A DNA stretch of 64,000 nucleotides, from NCBI GenBank assembly GCA_949358305.1, contig OX442314.1, positions 11,346,001 through 11,410,000 of the forward strand. The letters are read 5' to 3'. Within the stretch, counting starts at the first letter, position 1; each line of letters opens with the position of its first letter. The notes below the pieces were generated by a model. The model did not search any database. It was not told the DNA's origin and was given only the letters and a program-made list of their open reading frames with translations. Shown in pieces: positions 46,711 through 59,200 of the stretch. Made by a program: the position numbers and the translations under genes. This stretch comes from Strigamia acuminata (taxonomy: Eukaryota).

Positions 46711-48039
46711 ACTATAAGTGAAAAACAAAACCATCTCCATCTTGAATAAATGTGATTGTAACGTACAGTCTGAAATGGCATTTTAAATGGTCTGCACCCT
46801 TTATTTTTGAATATACAAGTACGGTTCTCAGAACTTGTTTATAAGTGGAATTGTTAGTAAGTCCACACCTTTGTACAATGTAAAAAAATTGTTCACTCTA
46901 AAAGAAATCTTATTTTTTTAATTTCTTACATTATAAATTAATATAGATTCGTATTAAATAAATTAACAGTAAAGTAAGCAAAAAGCTACTTCATTGTTTA
47001 CTTTACTTTACTTTACTTTACTTCCAAGTGTGAACCCACCTTAAGAGCGTGGGTTTTGCGCTCAGCCTAGTGCCAGATATGCAAACTAACGTATGCATTG
47101 CCACAAATTTGAAGTCCGTATCCTCTGAAAGTTCGTAAGATGAGGAGTTACTGTACCATTAATATACCGGGTGCAGACGGTAGATCAATAGCTCAAATTA
47201 AATATTAAAATAAAATGAAAACAAACCAACATTTGAAACTAATACGAAAGGGAAGAAACAATCCGTTGGGCATTCTTCGCAATAAATGCTCAGTAAATTT
47301 AATCTAAAAAAATATATAAATAAATAAAAAAGTTAATTTATTTACGATTTGATTTAAAACATAACCGTTCGTGACTTTTGGCCCACCCTGTATATATATA
47401 TATATATCTGTATAAAAAAAGTGTGCACCTTGCAGGCAGATGCCCCCTGTTGGTGTGATGGGGCGGAGAACGGGGTCGTTTAGTTATCTGAGCTCGTGCT
47501 GTGTGGCTAAGGAATCTCATTATGCAAGCGTCTCGACTGAAATGGCGTGTGCGTCTCGTCAAAGGGAAAGAGCGTTGCAATTAGAGGCTGCGTCCCATCA
47601 ACCTCTTTTGCATCTCCGGAGGATATTTTTCTCTACTTGTGTGTTATTTTCTCGCTAAAGTGTGGAGGTGAATTTTAGTTGGGGTCTAATAAGTTGGTGG
47701 GGGGAGAAATTAATAAGAAAATGAAAATTATTTTTTAAACGATTATGAGAAGTTTTAGGTAGGAAATTTACTTTTTAATGAGTTGGAGGGAATTTTAAGG
47801 TTGTTTTGTTTGCGAGTTGGCTGGAGATGTTAAATGTGGGGTTTTAAGAGTTGGGGTGGAAGTTGTGCAGGTATACATTGACATCTATCGGAGAAATGTG
47901 GAATTAGAATATTGGATTTTTTTTTTTGTTTTTTTTTATTTGGTTTTGATTTAATTTTAATTTGTTGTGCACACGGTTTAAATAAAAACTACGGAATTGG
48001 GATAATTTGGTTTTTTTTATTATCTTGTTATTGAATTTT

Positions 48040-48365
48040 TGGGTCTAAAATTGAAAGAATTGATTTTATGTCTAAAAAAAATGTCTGTTTTATGTCTAAA
48101 AAAATGTCTGTTTTAAGTCTAAAATAAATGTCTATTTTGAGTTTAAAATTGAAAAAAAACGACTGAATTTTGGGTCTAAAAATGAAAAAAATGTTGAATT
48201 TGAGTCTAAAAATGAAAATATGTTGATTTTATATCTAAAAAAAGGGAAGAAAACGTCTATTTATAGTCTAAAATTGAAATACAAGTTTATCTTACGTCCA
48301 CAATTAGTTTATAAAAAATAGTTTTTGTCTAAAATGAAAAGAAAAGTTTTATTTTAGGTCTAAAA
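48040..48365. repeat. Degenerate GTCTAAAA-based A/T-tract minisatellite
   Basis: Recurrent TTTT...GTCTAAAAA units. Confidence 0.7.
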
Positions 48366-49584
48366 AACATATTTTTGGGCTTAAACTCTAGGAGAACACA
48401 ATGAAATCCATCCTCCTTACTTTTTAATTATTTCTTTATGTACAAAAAGAAAATTCCAAACTAAAACCAACTTTAAATTCCCCGAAAGAAAAACAAACAA
48501 TGCGAAACAAACCACTTGAAAATTTGTCGAGGTGTAATTTCTCCAGCGTCATACCATTAATTCGACGCATGATTTTACCCTTTTAATTGAAGAAATCGCC
48601 GTTAGCCATCTCGGTGTGTGCCTTATGAAGCCAATACTTTACGGGAATTAATTTTCCAAACACTGTTCTTGGCGGTTCATGACTTGTTAAACAAGACTTT
48701 TGATTAGCAAATGCACGGAATTAAGAGGGGAGCTACGAGCTCAAATGTAGTGTGATGGGGTCCGTGCCAGCCAAATTTCTAAAGTGGATAAAACTTAGTG
48801 CAAACAAAAAAGAAAAAAAAAACATTTTTTTTTTAAAACCTCTTTTCTCCCCCCACCCTCATTTTTTTTAATTTAAAAAAATTTATGTACATTTTGCGGA
48901 TGTAAGTACAATCATTAAATGACACCCCTTTCCACACACACCCCCCTCTTCTTCTCCACTCTGGGGGAATTTAAAATTCTTGCTAAAGAGAGATAAGGCA
49001 TGATGTTACACACTCACTAAAAGCTAGACAGGCTTTGCAAAAGGCGAGAGAAAGAGAATTGAAGTGTTTTAACACTTTTTTTCTGCCTTTTCATTCTGCC
49101 GTAGTTAAGATTATCAACAACAATTGCGAGGTTTTTAGTGGCCCGTGGAAAGTTGGATGTGTGGATGGTGGAAGCAAGCATCACTGATCGATGAGTAGGT
49201 TTTAAGTGAATTTGGACACAAACAGACCCATTCCAACAAACCACAGGAAACGCCCTCAATTGTGGCGCCCCCTGTCTGAGACAGACGGAAACTGGTTTGA
49301 GGATGAGGATTGGGAACGGGGCAGGGAGGGGCGGGGGGTTGGGAGGCAGCCAGGGGGCTCTTTCGGAGGAAAAGAAGAAAAAAGAAGAGGAAAAGTTTGT
49401 CTGAAGCAAGTGAAAAGTCTTAAGGCCACTCGAGAGTTTAATTAAATAGTTGACGCTTTTTTATGTTGTTTTTCTGGGAAAAGCATCTTCTGCTCAACGT
49501 GCAGCTGCACTTGGGAAGTGTAAAGTTTTTGGATCTTTCTGCTGCTTTAAGAGAGTTTGAACTAAATATTGAAGAAGTTTTGGG

Positions 49585-49747
49585 TATGTTGTTATAGATT
49601 CTGATGTAAAAGTTAGCAAAATCGTAGGATATTCATGCCTAGCATTGATCTGTTAATTCACCACACCAATCAAGCAGTGTATACGTCACTTCGTTAGATC
49701 TCATCAAGGGGTACTACCAAGTGGAGATGGCGAAAGAAGACGATTAG
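49585..49747 (+). pseudogene. Decayed Ty3/gypsy reverse-transcriptase fragment
   Basis: MPSIDLLI (from 49635), then after a frameshift YVTSLDLIKGYYQVEMAKED (LDL at 49694). This matches the gypsy RT motifs P.ID.L and LDL..GY.Q..M..ED. Confidence 0.7.
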
Positions 49748-50297
49748 GTAAACAAATGGCAAATTGATCGTAATGCTGACCTTGTTATGTGTCGTGTGGT
49801 ATAGAATAATAATAGTAAAAAGATGTTAGAGTAGGAAATAAACCTTGTTAGAGTAGGCTTACTTAATATTAAACCTAAACAGAATTGTTGTCATGGAGAT
49901 GTAACCCCTGCTTACTGGCGTAGGCAGGATGCTTGAATGAGATTCAGGCCATGCAAGCTGCGATCTGTGGGATGACTTTCTTGAGGAAATATGTGGATTG
50001 CATACGCGCTCGCTAAGCGCCGATTTCACTTAACGCTCTGTTTTTCTGGAGCGAAGTAACAGCGTTAAGCGGGGTTTGCCTGTAATGTGGGGGAGGAGAA
50101 CAAATAATCTGATCAAACAATTTTCAATTGCACCAAAGTAAAGAGCAAGCATATTGGGATCTTTACACATGTTTCAAGATGGTTGCTGTTCTAACATGTA
50201 AAATAAGTAGCAATTGTGTGCTTAATTCACTTCTAAAAGGAAGCGAATTGGTGTAATTTACATTGCATAAAAGTGACGCTTGAAGTACTGTAAAGCC

Positions 50298-50357
50298 TTG
50301 ATTAAACGCTGGGTTTAAATAGGCGCCGGGGGTCAGCAGCGTTTATTCGGTACGGTA
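50298..50357. mobile_element. Fragment of a Tc2/pogo-like MITE end
   Basis: TAAACGCTGGG...GGCGCCGGGGG...GCGTTTATTCGGTACGG-TA has the same TACGGTA terminal style as 22141-22150. Confidence 0.35.
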
Positions 50358-52149
50358 TTATTTTTCTAAGTTGTGAAAGTGATGGTATTTTTTACACTTC
50401 CGGCTTCAAAATGCCATTCAGGGAAGATGAGGCACTTTTCTTTTCATTATAATGACGTCATTTCCTGTTTAGAAGATGCAGCAAAGCAAGAAAAGCAGCG
50501 AAGTGAAATAATATTGAATGCGTCTAATGACTTTCAGTCCTATACCTGAATTGGCAGCAATGCGCATGAGCGCTGAAGCCGTTACTTCTCAACCTCGTCC
50601 GAAAACCTCGAAGAAAAACGTCTCATACAAAACTGTCTTAGCTTTGTTTGCAAATAGTACACATAGTACAATGACGTGACAGAAAACTGTAGAATCTTTT
50701 GCCAATACTTACACAGACGTATCTAAAATTTTATACTTAATAACCAACTTCATTAAGACTAATCTTGTAACCTTTACTCCCACGGAGTAAATAAATAAAT
50801 AAATAAAACTCCCATTGCCGGTCATCTTCGGTTTTAACTCGGTGGCGGTAAAAGCAATTAAAAGACACAGCAACTACATGCTCAATGACATTAGCACTTC
50901 GGTTTTTTCTTCTTTTGTTGAAGATAAAAATGTGTCATTGTACACTCGAATGGCATATTTGAAATTCTCTTTTTGATCTTAATTCATTTCAATTCATCAG
51001 CACATTTCTATTAACCCTTGCACGCCTCCTACTTCCATTATTACCATTTGCATTCGGAGATTCGAGTTGAGGGAAGGGTTGCATAGCCACCATTAAGCCG
51101 TCTTTTGTTTTCACCCATACGCTTTCGAGTTTCCCTCCCAATCCGCCCACGCACTCCTAATGAAAAATCATTACGATTTGCAAAGGGAGAGCAGAGAGAG
51201 AGAGAGAGTTGTAAAAATGTCAGTCCATTCTCACATCCCTTTTTCTATGACCACTCATTTCGCAACTGTTGTTATGAATGAGTTTTGTGTGCCAAGGGAT
51301 TACTGTGGGTGCTCGAAACACAGGTGCAGGGTTCCACCCACAATCCAAGTGTGCAAAAGCAGTTCAAACAGTTTGTCGCTCTGACAATAGGACCAATGAG
51401 TTTTACTTTGAATGGCGCGAGGGGTCGTTGGAGGATTAGGGCCTCCATCTTCTCCAAGAGGGCACCGCCCAATGCCCCACGTGTGGGTCTGCGATGGCAA
51501 TAACTTTATTTTGATTAAAAAAGAAAGAAAAAATCGCAGGAACGGATTAAAGTTTGGATTTGATTACGATTGGCGACTTATTAATCAGGCAAAGTTAATG
51601 GATGTTTAGCATTAAATCAGCTTAGTGGGGAAAGGGATTTTTCAATTTATTAATTTTTTTGGGGGATAAAAAAAAGTGGGATGAAATTTTTTTTTTTTTT
51701 TTTAGTTTAATAAGGTTTTGTGTGTGTGGTGTATCATTTTGGACAGGATCACGAGTTCATCACGCGAACGGAACCTACCTGTGACATGTAGACAGGTTGA
51801 AGCTTATACGTTGTGCACTTACTAAATTAAATGTTGGGGAGGAGTGCGTGCGGAATTAATCGGCCGTGAGTAATCAAGTCAGGTGTGCGGGGATGAGGAG
51901 TCTCTGTGGGTCATCCAGGTAAATGAGGAGACATTTTTACTGAGTGATTGATGAGATTTTTTTGGGATGGGTGGGGTGGTAAATTGTGGAACGGTGTACT
52001 TGTGACCTTTGATGTTGGTTGTTGGGTTTTGAATAGGAAAAATTGCGGGGTTAAGGTGGGGGTTGTTTGGTGTGAAAAATATGGAAAGAAGTTGGTGTAA
52101 AGTAGAGATTTTGATACAAATGCCTGAGTTTGGTTTGAAAAACAACGTT

Positions 52150-52565
52150 TTTAGAATTTTGCGATTTTTTTTGCGTTTTTTTGAGGAAATTTGATACTAA
52201 TGCAAGAGTTTCGATTTGAAAAATTGCGTTTTTAGGAGTGCGTTTTTTAAGCGATTTTTTGCGTTTTTTTGCGATTTTTTGATGAAATTTGATATTAAAG
52301 CAAGAGTTTCGAATTGAAAAAGTGCATTTTTAGGACTCTGCGTACTTCTGCGATTTTTTTACGTTTATTGCGATTTTTTTACGTTGTTTGTGATCTTTTA
52401 CGTTTTTTTGCGAGTTTTTGCGTATTTTTTGCGATTTTTTTACGTTGTCTGCGATTTTTTTTACGTTGTTTGCGATTTTTTTTAACTTTTTTTTGTGATT
52501 TTATTTAACCGTTTTTTGCGATTTTTTTTACGTTATTTGCGATTTATTTTTTGCGTTATTTTGGG
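52150..52565. repeat. Degenerate T-tract minisatellite (TTTGCGATTTTTTTACGTT)
   Basis: Tandem reiteration visible. Confidence 0.8.
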
Positions 52566-53685
52566 CATAACCTTTTTATTTGTTGTTTTTAGTTTTGATA
52601 ATTTAAAATTTGTTTCCGGTTGAAAATAAAACTTTACAAAATCTTAATCGAGACAAAAAAATTAATAAAAGATAAAATAACGTGCGTAATAAACTATCGT
52701 GATACGTAATATGCGCGACATGCATAAGCGCGATAAACTAACTTAACTTGGTTTAAAGCTTTTAATAATACTTTAATTAGTAAAAAAATATTTAACAAAT
52801 AATTATTTTGGGTTTGCAACAAACAGATTTCCGTACATTCGATCTGAAAAATCAAAAACATAATCTTTATTTTTTTAAAAATAAGAAATAAAAAAAATTA
52901 TGTAAACGAGAGTTAAATTCAAAGTTGATCTTTTGATCTTTTCCTATCCAATTTCGTCCGAACCGGTAAAAAAAAAAAAGTTTAATGATGTGCACGAAGA
53001 CACGAATCACCATCAAATGACAAGTGCAGTTGAAGTAGACCTCGTGACAGGCGTGTGGGAATCGCGCCAGTGAATGTCAGCCGTGTCTGCTTGTCAGGCA
53101 CCGATGGACGACGAAGAGTAAATTCGATCACAGATCCATTTCCTTCGCACTGCACTTTTTGACGATGGTCATCTGTCTTTTGTCACTGGCCACGCACTGC
53201 TGTGGGGGAAATTGCAAGCGAGACTTGGGGGACTGCAGGATCCAAAGCTCAAAATAATGGATTTTAAATTCTGCATCATTAATCTCTATTAGTGCACTGG
53301 GGTTTGGTGTTTGTACGTTTGCTCGCAACTAATGGCAAATTGATGGCATTTCCAGTCTATTTAAGCATCCATCACTAGGAAATGAGTGACCTTCCTTTTC
53401 TAACTAACATTTCTATAGTAAAAAATGAATAAATACAATAAAAATGAAATTAATTAGAAATTATTTTATTCCAGGTGATCTTCAATGACAAATGATTTGA
53501 CGAAATTGAAACCAGGCATGAAATCAGGTAAATGATGATCCGTACAAATAAATTTCTCTCAAAATACAGTTACCGAAAGGAAGTATCTTGTGACAAAATG
53601 CTCTATGGTTCAAAATCTCTACAAAAAACAAAAGTATCCTGGTTCACATTTTTTTATTACAAGAATTTATTAACCCTCTACTATA

Positions 53686-53763
53686 GTACTGCGTAAAGTT
53701 GAAAATATACTGCGTAAAGTTGAAGGTGTACTGCGTAAAGCCGAAGGTGTACTGCGTAAAGCG
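53686..53763. repeat. 21-bp tandem repeat TACTGCGTAAAG(TTGAAGGTG) x~4
   Basis: Direct copies. Nearby AGGTTGGGTTAGGTTAG suggests a MITE internal region. Confidence 0.85.
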
Positions 53764-55964
53764 CTGTAAGGGAGTTTTCTCAGAACCAAAGCGTCTATTG
53801 TCACATTTAGGTTGGGTTAGGTTAGAATACGATGTTAATTTCTTTTGGAAACCGTAAACGATTTAATGTCTGCACGATTAAATTATTTGCGGGTATTCTT
53901 CGTCTGATCTGAGGTCGCAACGTAGAGATGGCAAAGATGATGTGGGCGATCAATTATTTGGAAACTGCGGATTGATCAATTCATTGTACTCGTTAAACGC
54001 ATGCAACGCAATAAAAAGAGGTTCATTTCCATCAAAAAGTATGTAAACAGGTCAAATAAACGTGCGACCGTAATGAGAAATGTAATAATCACCACGAAAA
54101 TGATGTAAATTGATGAGAAAAAGGCAAAGAAGAAAAAAAAAATTGAGCATAAACCACAAAAATTAATTAAAACAAGTAAAAACGATGATTCATTATTCAG
54201 AGGTTTCGATATCGTTGACGCGAGATGGCGTTAATACGGCGCATCATCACCTTTAATGTGTTGATGCCTCGGACGTGACCGGAATGGATCCAGGTCCTGA
54301 GGGGTGGCACCCTCTTTATTATGTAAAGAGGTCACATTCTTGATCCCGTGCATCGGATTGGTTAAACCGAGTGACCAGTTCGAACGGATCTCTGACCGGA
54401 AGGGGTGGACCATCAATTTGCAGTGACCATTCACGATGCACGTTACGTCATTCGAAATGTGAATCATCACTGCCATGTGATGTCACCTTGATATTCCATC
54501 CATGCACGAGCGACCTCTCGTGTAAGCCCCGTGTATTACCTTAATTAACTTATTTGCATAATTAAACAAGTTATTTTTTATGTTTGTAATTTTTGGACTT
54601 AAAAAATAAATAAAATTTTCGAAATTTTTTTATTTTTATTAATTTTTATTTATTTATTTATTTATTTTAAAATCAACTTTTGCACTTTTCCGGTCGTTTT
54701 TATTAAATTTGCGACGTTTTTGTCACTTAAATTGATTTTGCTCACCAAATAAAGCCGTGAATGGGCGCGAGATGGCGCAGCACAGTGTGAAAAAATTGTA
54801 TCATTTGTTTGTGAAGAGCAGACAGACGCATAAAAAAAGCAAAGAAAAAGAAAAAAAGTGTTGTTCGCCTCGCTCGGTCGCTTTTTGCTTCCTGTCCGTG
54901 CAGTTGGCGTTCATTCGGAACCCTTTTTAACCCTCGTGGAAAACCAGTAGCATAAGGGATGTGGTGGGGAAGGGCGAGAGACACACAAGGAATTCCCAGG
55001 CTATAAAAAAGACTGAAAATAAGGGAGGCTGCTCACCTGACTTCACCTGAAAAGAAATGCAAAGAGAACTCATTTCTTCTATACACGAGTGGAGCGGGTT
55101 TTCTAACTAAAGGGTTGGTTACGAGAAGGGAAGGGAGAAAAAATCCTTTCTCGATAAAGATGATCAAGAACTCGACACTCGGGGGGCGAGGGTTGCCGTT
55201 GGAGCCGGTTTTTCGCACGCGGGACGCATTGAGTGCCGACCCCGGAGCGTCTGAATCCCTAATCAAGAGGTGGGAGCCAGGTAAGGACGGACACGTTGGT
55301 CGAGCGCGGCTGTCTCGCGGCGCGAGGGCATTGTGGTGAACGGGTAAGAGAGTTGGCCCCTCCCCTCAACCCCCTTCGTTCTTTTCCCCTTTTGCGGAGA
55401 GGAGGGTTGCAAGGCTTGAATGGATGGGCCTCGTCTAACCCACACACCCCTGACTTAGCAAACTATTCATATTCAAAATAGAGAAAGAGTAGGGCTAAGA
55501 TTGCTCTGGTCTCTCTGGCCTCGGTCTCTCTCTCTCTCTATCGTGCTGTGTGTGTGTTTGGTTGTAGTGTTGGGCAATGAAGGGTTGATCGCACCCGGGG
55601 TTTTGTCACTGGTGCGTGCGCCCATATGGTTTGCTAACGTGTCCCGTGTTCGGTCGGTGGAGACACGGCTGTGAGGTGTTGGTGGATATTGTTGGCTGGA
55701 GTTTGTGATGGACTTGGATGGTGTTTGCAAGGTATGTGCATGTTTTTTTGGGGTTGTTTTGCGGGTTTTTGGGGGTTTGAGTTTGGATTTGTTTTGTGGC
55801 AACTTGTTGCGGAGTTGCACGTGGTTTGCTCGTGTGTTTGCATGGGAGTAATCGATTTTTAGTCAAATTGGATGGAGTTTTGGATTATTTTTGGGGGGTT
55901 TCCGGGTAAATAAATAATTAGACAAATTGCAATTTTGAGGTTTTTATTTTTTGGTGGAAAATTC

Positions 55965-56215
55965 GAATTTTTTTATCTGAAATTTGAATTTTTTGAGGCT
56001 AAAATTTGCATTTTTTGATGTTAAAATTTGAATATTTTGATGTTAAAATTTGAATATTTTGATGCTAAAATTTGAATTTTTTGATGCTAAAATTTGAATA
56101 TATTTTGATGCTAAAATTTGAATTTTTTGATGCTAAAATTTGAATTTTTTGATGCTAAAATTTGAATTTTTTGATGCTAAAATTTGAATTTTTTGATGCT
56201 AAAATTTGAATATTT
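55965..56215. repeat. 22-bp minisatellite (AAAATTTGAATTTTTTGATGCT)
   Basis: About 10 tandem copies. Confidence 0.92.
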
Positions 56216-59200
56216 TTTACTTAATTAGTTGAAAATTCGAAAAATGCAAATTAGATGCAAATATTGGTGGTCAATTTAGATGGATTTTCCAAAATAACGC
56301 TTCAAAAAGCGTCGAAATTAGACGAGAACGAGACTAGATGTTGATTTTAATTGCTTGTTTGTGTTGGTCACTCTTATCAATTTAATGGGTCAGTATAAAG
56401 AGGGTTAGGAGTGACCCCTCCTTTTATATTGTCTTGAGTTATGCCTTAATCATTTGCCCGCTTTTGTTGCGAGGGGTCAGTGTCAAAGTCATTGGCCTAT
56501 TAATTGGGGCAGCGAGTACCTGCACCACTACCCACTGTCCTGCACCCCTCCATCCAATCCCCCCAGCTAGCCTCGCGTCACTGCCCACCTGTTCGTGTTG
56601 CCAGTGGACAAGCAGGCCCCAGGTCGTGACCCGATCATTGTGTGTTGACTGCAAAGCCAAAAGGGGCGCGAGCGTCCACACATAAGAAGGGTGGCCACTC
56701 AGTCTCTTCTCGTTTTTGCACCGTGTTGTAGTTTGGTCGGTTCCTGCTGTTTAGAATTCCGTTCCTGACTCCTGCCTCGAACACGAGGGCGCCTCCTTTT
56801 TCTAAAGACTTGTTTGTCGACTTGTATTCTCGTGCGTGATAACACCCGATTAAATGACTACTGAGATTCGTTTCTCGAGGGTCCGCACTCTATTATTTTT
56901 TTTTATTTGAGAATTTACTTTTCTTGCAGCTTAAAACGGGTCTATTAACGGCCGCTTTAAGGTCTTTGAATTTGAATGTGCGGTTTTGTGTTGCTAATTA
57001 ATTTATTCAATTATTTATTTGGTGATGGCTGATGGGATTGAATAAAAATTTTTTTAGAAATGAAAAATTTGTTTTTGGGGATATTTGATGAGAATTTTCA
57101 TATGGTTGGGAAAAACATTGAAATTGTTTATTGCAATGTATTTTGAAATGCATTGGGTTTCGTGAGAATGCGTTTTGTAATGCATTTTTCATGCTATTTG
57201 GTTTGCAGATGATGCATTTTGTAAAATGTATTATGAAATGCGTTCCCTGTACTGTTATTTGTTAAATATGATGCATTTTCAATTATATTACGAAATTTAA
57301 TGCTATACATTTTTTAATCATGTGGAATTTTTGTTTTGGATATTTTTTGGATTTGTGAAAATTTTTTTTTTTTTTTTTTTGATTGAAAAATTAATATTTT
57401 GGATTGAAATCAATTTTTATTCGGGTCGAAAACGAAGGAAAACATACAAAGTCTGACAGAAAATTTATTCCAAATACATTTTTTTTTACCCTTTGTAAAA
57501 GCGAAAAAGAAAAATAAATAAAAAATTCAGCTGTTGTAGATGAAGACGGTTGTTGTTGTTCTAAAAATATGGACGCGTCCGCATAATAAATAGGCATTTA
57601 GAGCTGACTCAAGACCCTTTCATTTCTCAACCCTTTGCGTCCAGTTGTCGTTGTTTTGTTGCCTGCTGCACGTGTCCCTTCTTCCCCACGCGTGGAAATT
57701 AAGCCTTGTAAAGACTACGCTTATTAAAAATACTACAACCAACAAAACATTCTACCAAAAAAAATTTAAAAAAAAATAAAAACGAAACGAAAAATTAATA
57801 TTTAAAAAAAAAATCTTAGCAAATTTGCTAGTTTTATCGGATGAGGAGTTTTTAAGAGGAAAAATGTATAACGTCCATTGCGGAGAAGCCGAACCATGGA
57901 CGACACAGAGGGTCAAAGCCACGCATTGATTTTTTCCTCCTCCTCCTTTGGAGTCGGCCATTTTTCGATCGTTAAAAAGAATCGGAGAAGTGTGTTTCTC
58001 GTGTTGGCAATTAAGTGCGAGGATTCATAAAAGTCTCAAGTTGCGAACCCTCTAATAAATGGCGGGAATTCGGTGCGCGGTGAGCAGATGGTGGCGGAGC
58101 AAGGTCGCCTACTCGCCTGCCGTCTGTTTGGAGAGAATGGGGTAAGCGAAATGGGTCCACCCACCAAAGGACACGACCATTGACGCTTTTTCTCGCTTCG
58201 AGGATTTTCCTGCAACGAATAAACGCAATTCGCGGTCCGATTTTGTCGTTTAGCGTGCGAATATCACCTCACATTTCACGTACAAATCCAATGGCGTGCG
58301 TGCAAATTCCTCCGGATTGTCGTTTCATTTGTCGGCGATTACAAACTGAATCTAATTTTAATAGGAGGAGGAAAAAACGAACGGGTTAACCTGAACCGTT
58401 GCCATGGAAACTGAGGAAGAGGTGATGACGACGACGATGAGAGGGAGTTGCGCTTGGCAGCCATGATGGCGGCTTGAAAGGATGCGACGAGGCGCAATTT
58501 GATGTGCCAGCTGTCTTATTCTTATCCGCGATGAAGGTGGTGTCAAACAGTCGTAGTTATATGTATTAATGCGTGTGTGTGTGTATATATAATTTTTTTT
58601 TATTGTAAACGTCGGTTTGGTGGGTGATGGGAGTCCGATTTAGATGGGTTGCGTGATAATTCTGAAAAGAAAAGTGAAAACAGGTTTGAAAATGCAATGC
58701 AAGAGGTCATTCGAGATAAAGTCTTAATTAAGAACTGCGTAATGACTGTGTTTTGGTTGGTGACTTTTTTTTACAGCGTTTAATAAGGGGGTAATGTATT
58801 TTTTTGTAATTTTTTTAAAGTTTGTAATTTTTTTTTTAGGTTGTATGATGTGAATGGATGAAAAACACGTTTTTACGCGTTTTTCGCCGTTTAAATTTAA
58901 TTTTTTTGATTGATTTTTTGTTTATTTTATCGTAAAATAAAAAAAATTTTGATGAAATTTTCCGCAGTCGATTTTGTATTCTTTTTTTTTTGGACGTAAG
59001 TTTCGATCCGGATGCCGCGGCAGATCGACCTTGCTCCGCATGAGAACACAAACACCGTCGGTCTGACAAAATTGCTCCAGTTTGTTTTCCGTTCGATCCA
59101 GCTTTATAAACAGCGAAAATCCACACATCCCCTCGCTAAAAATGACCACCCATTCTAAAATAGACGGTCAAAACACCATAAACCATAAAAATAAAAATAA

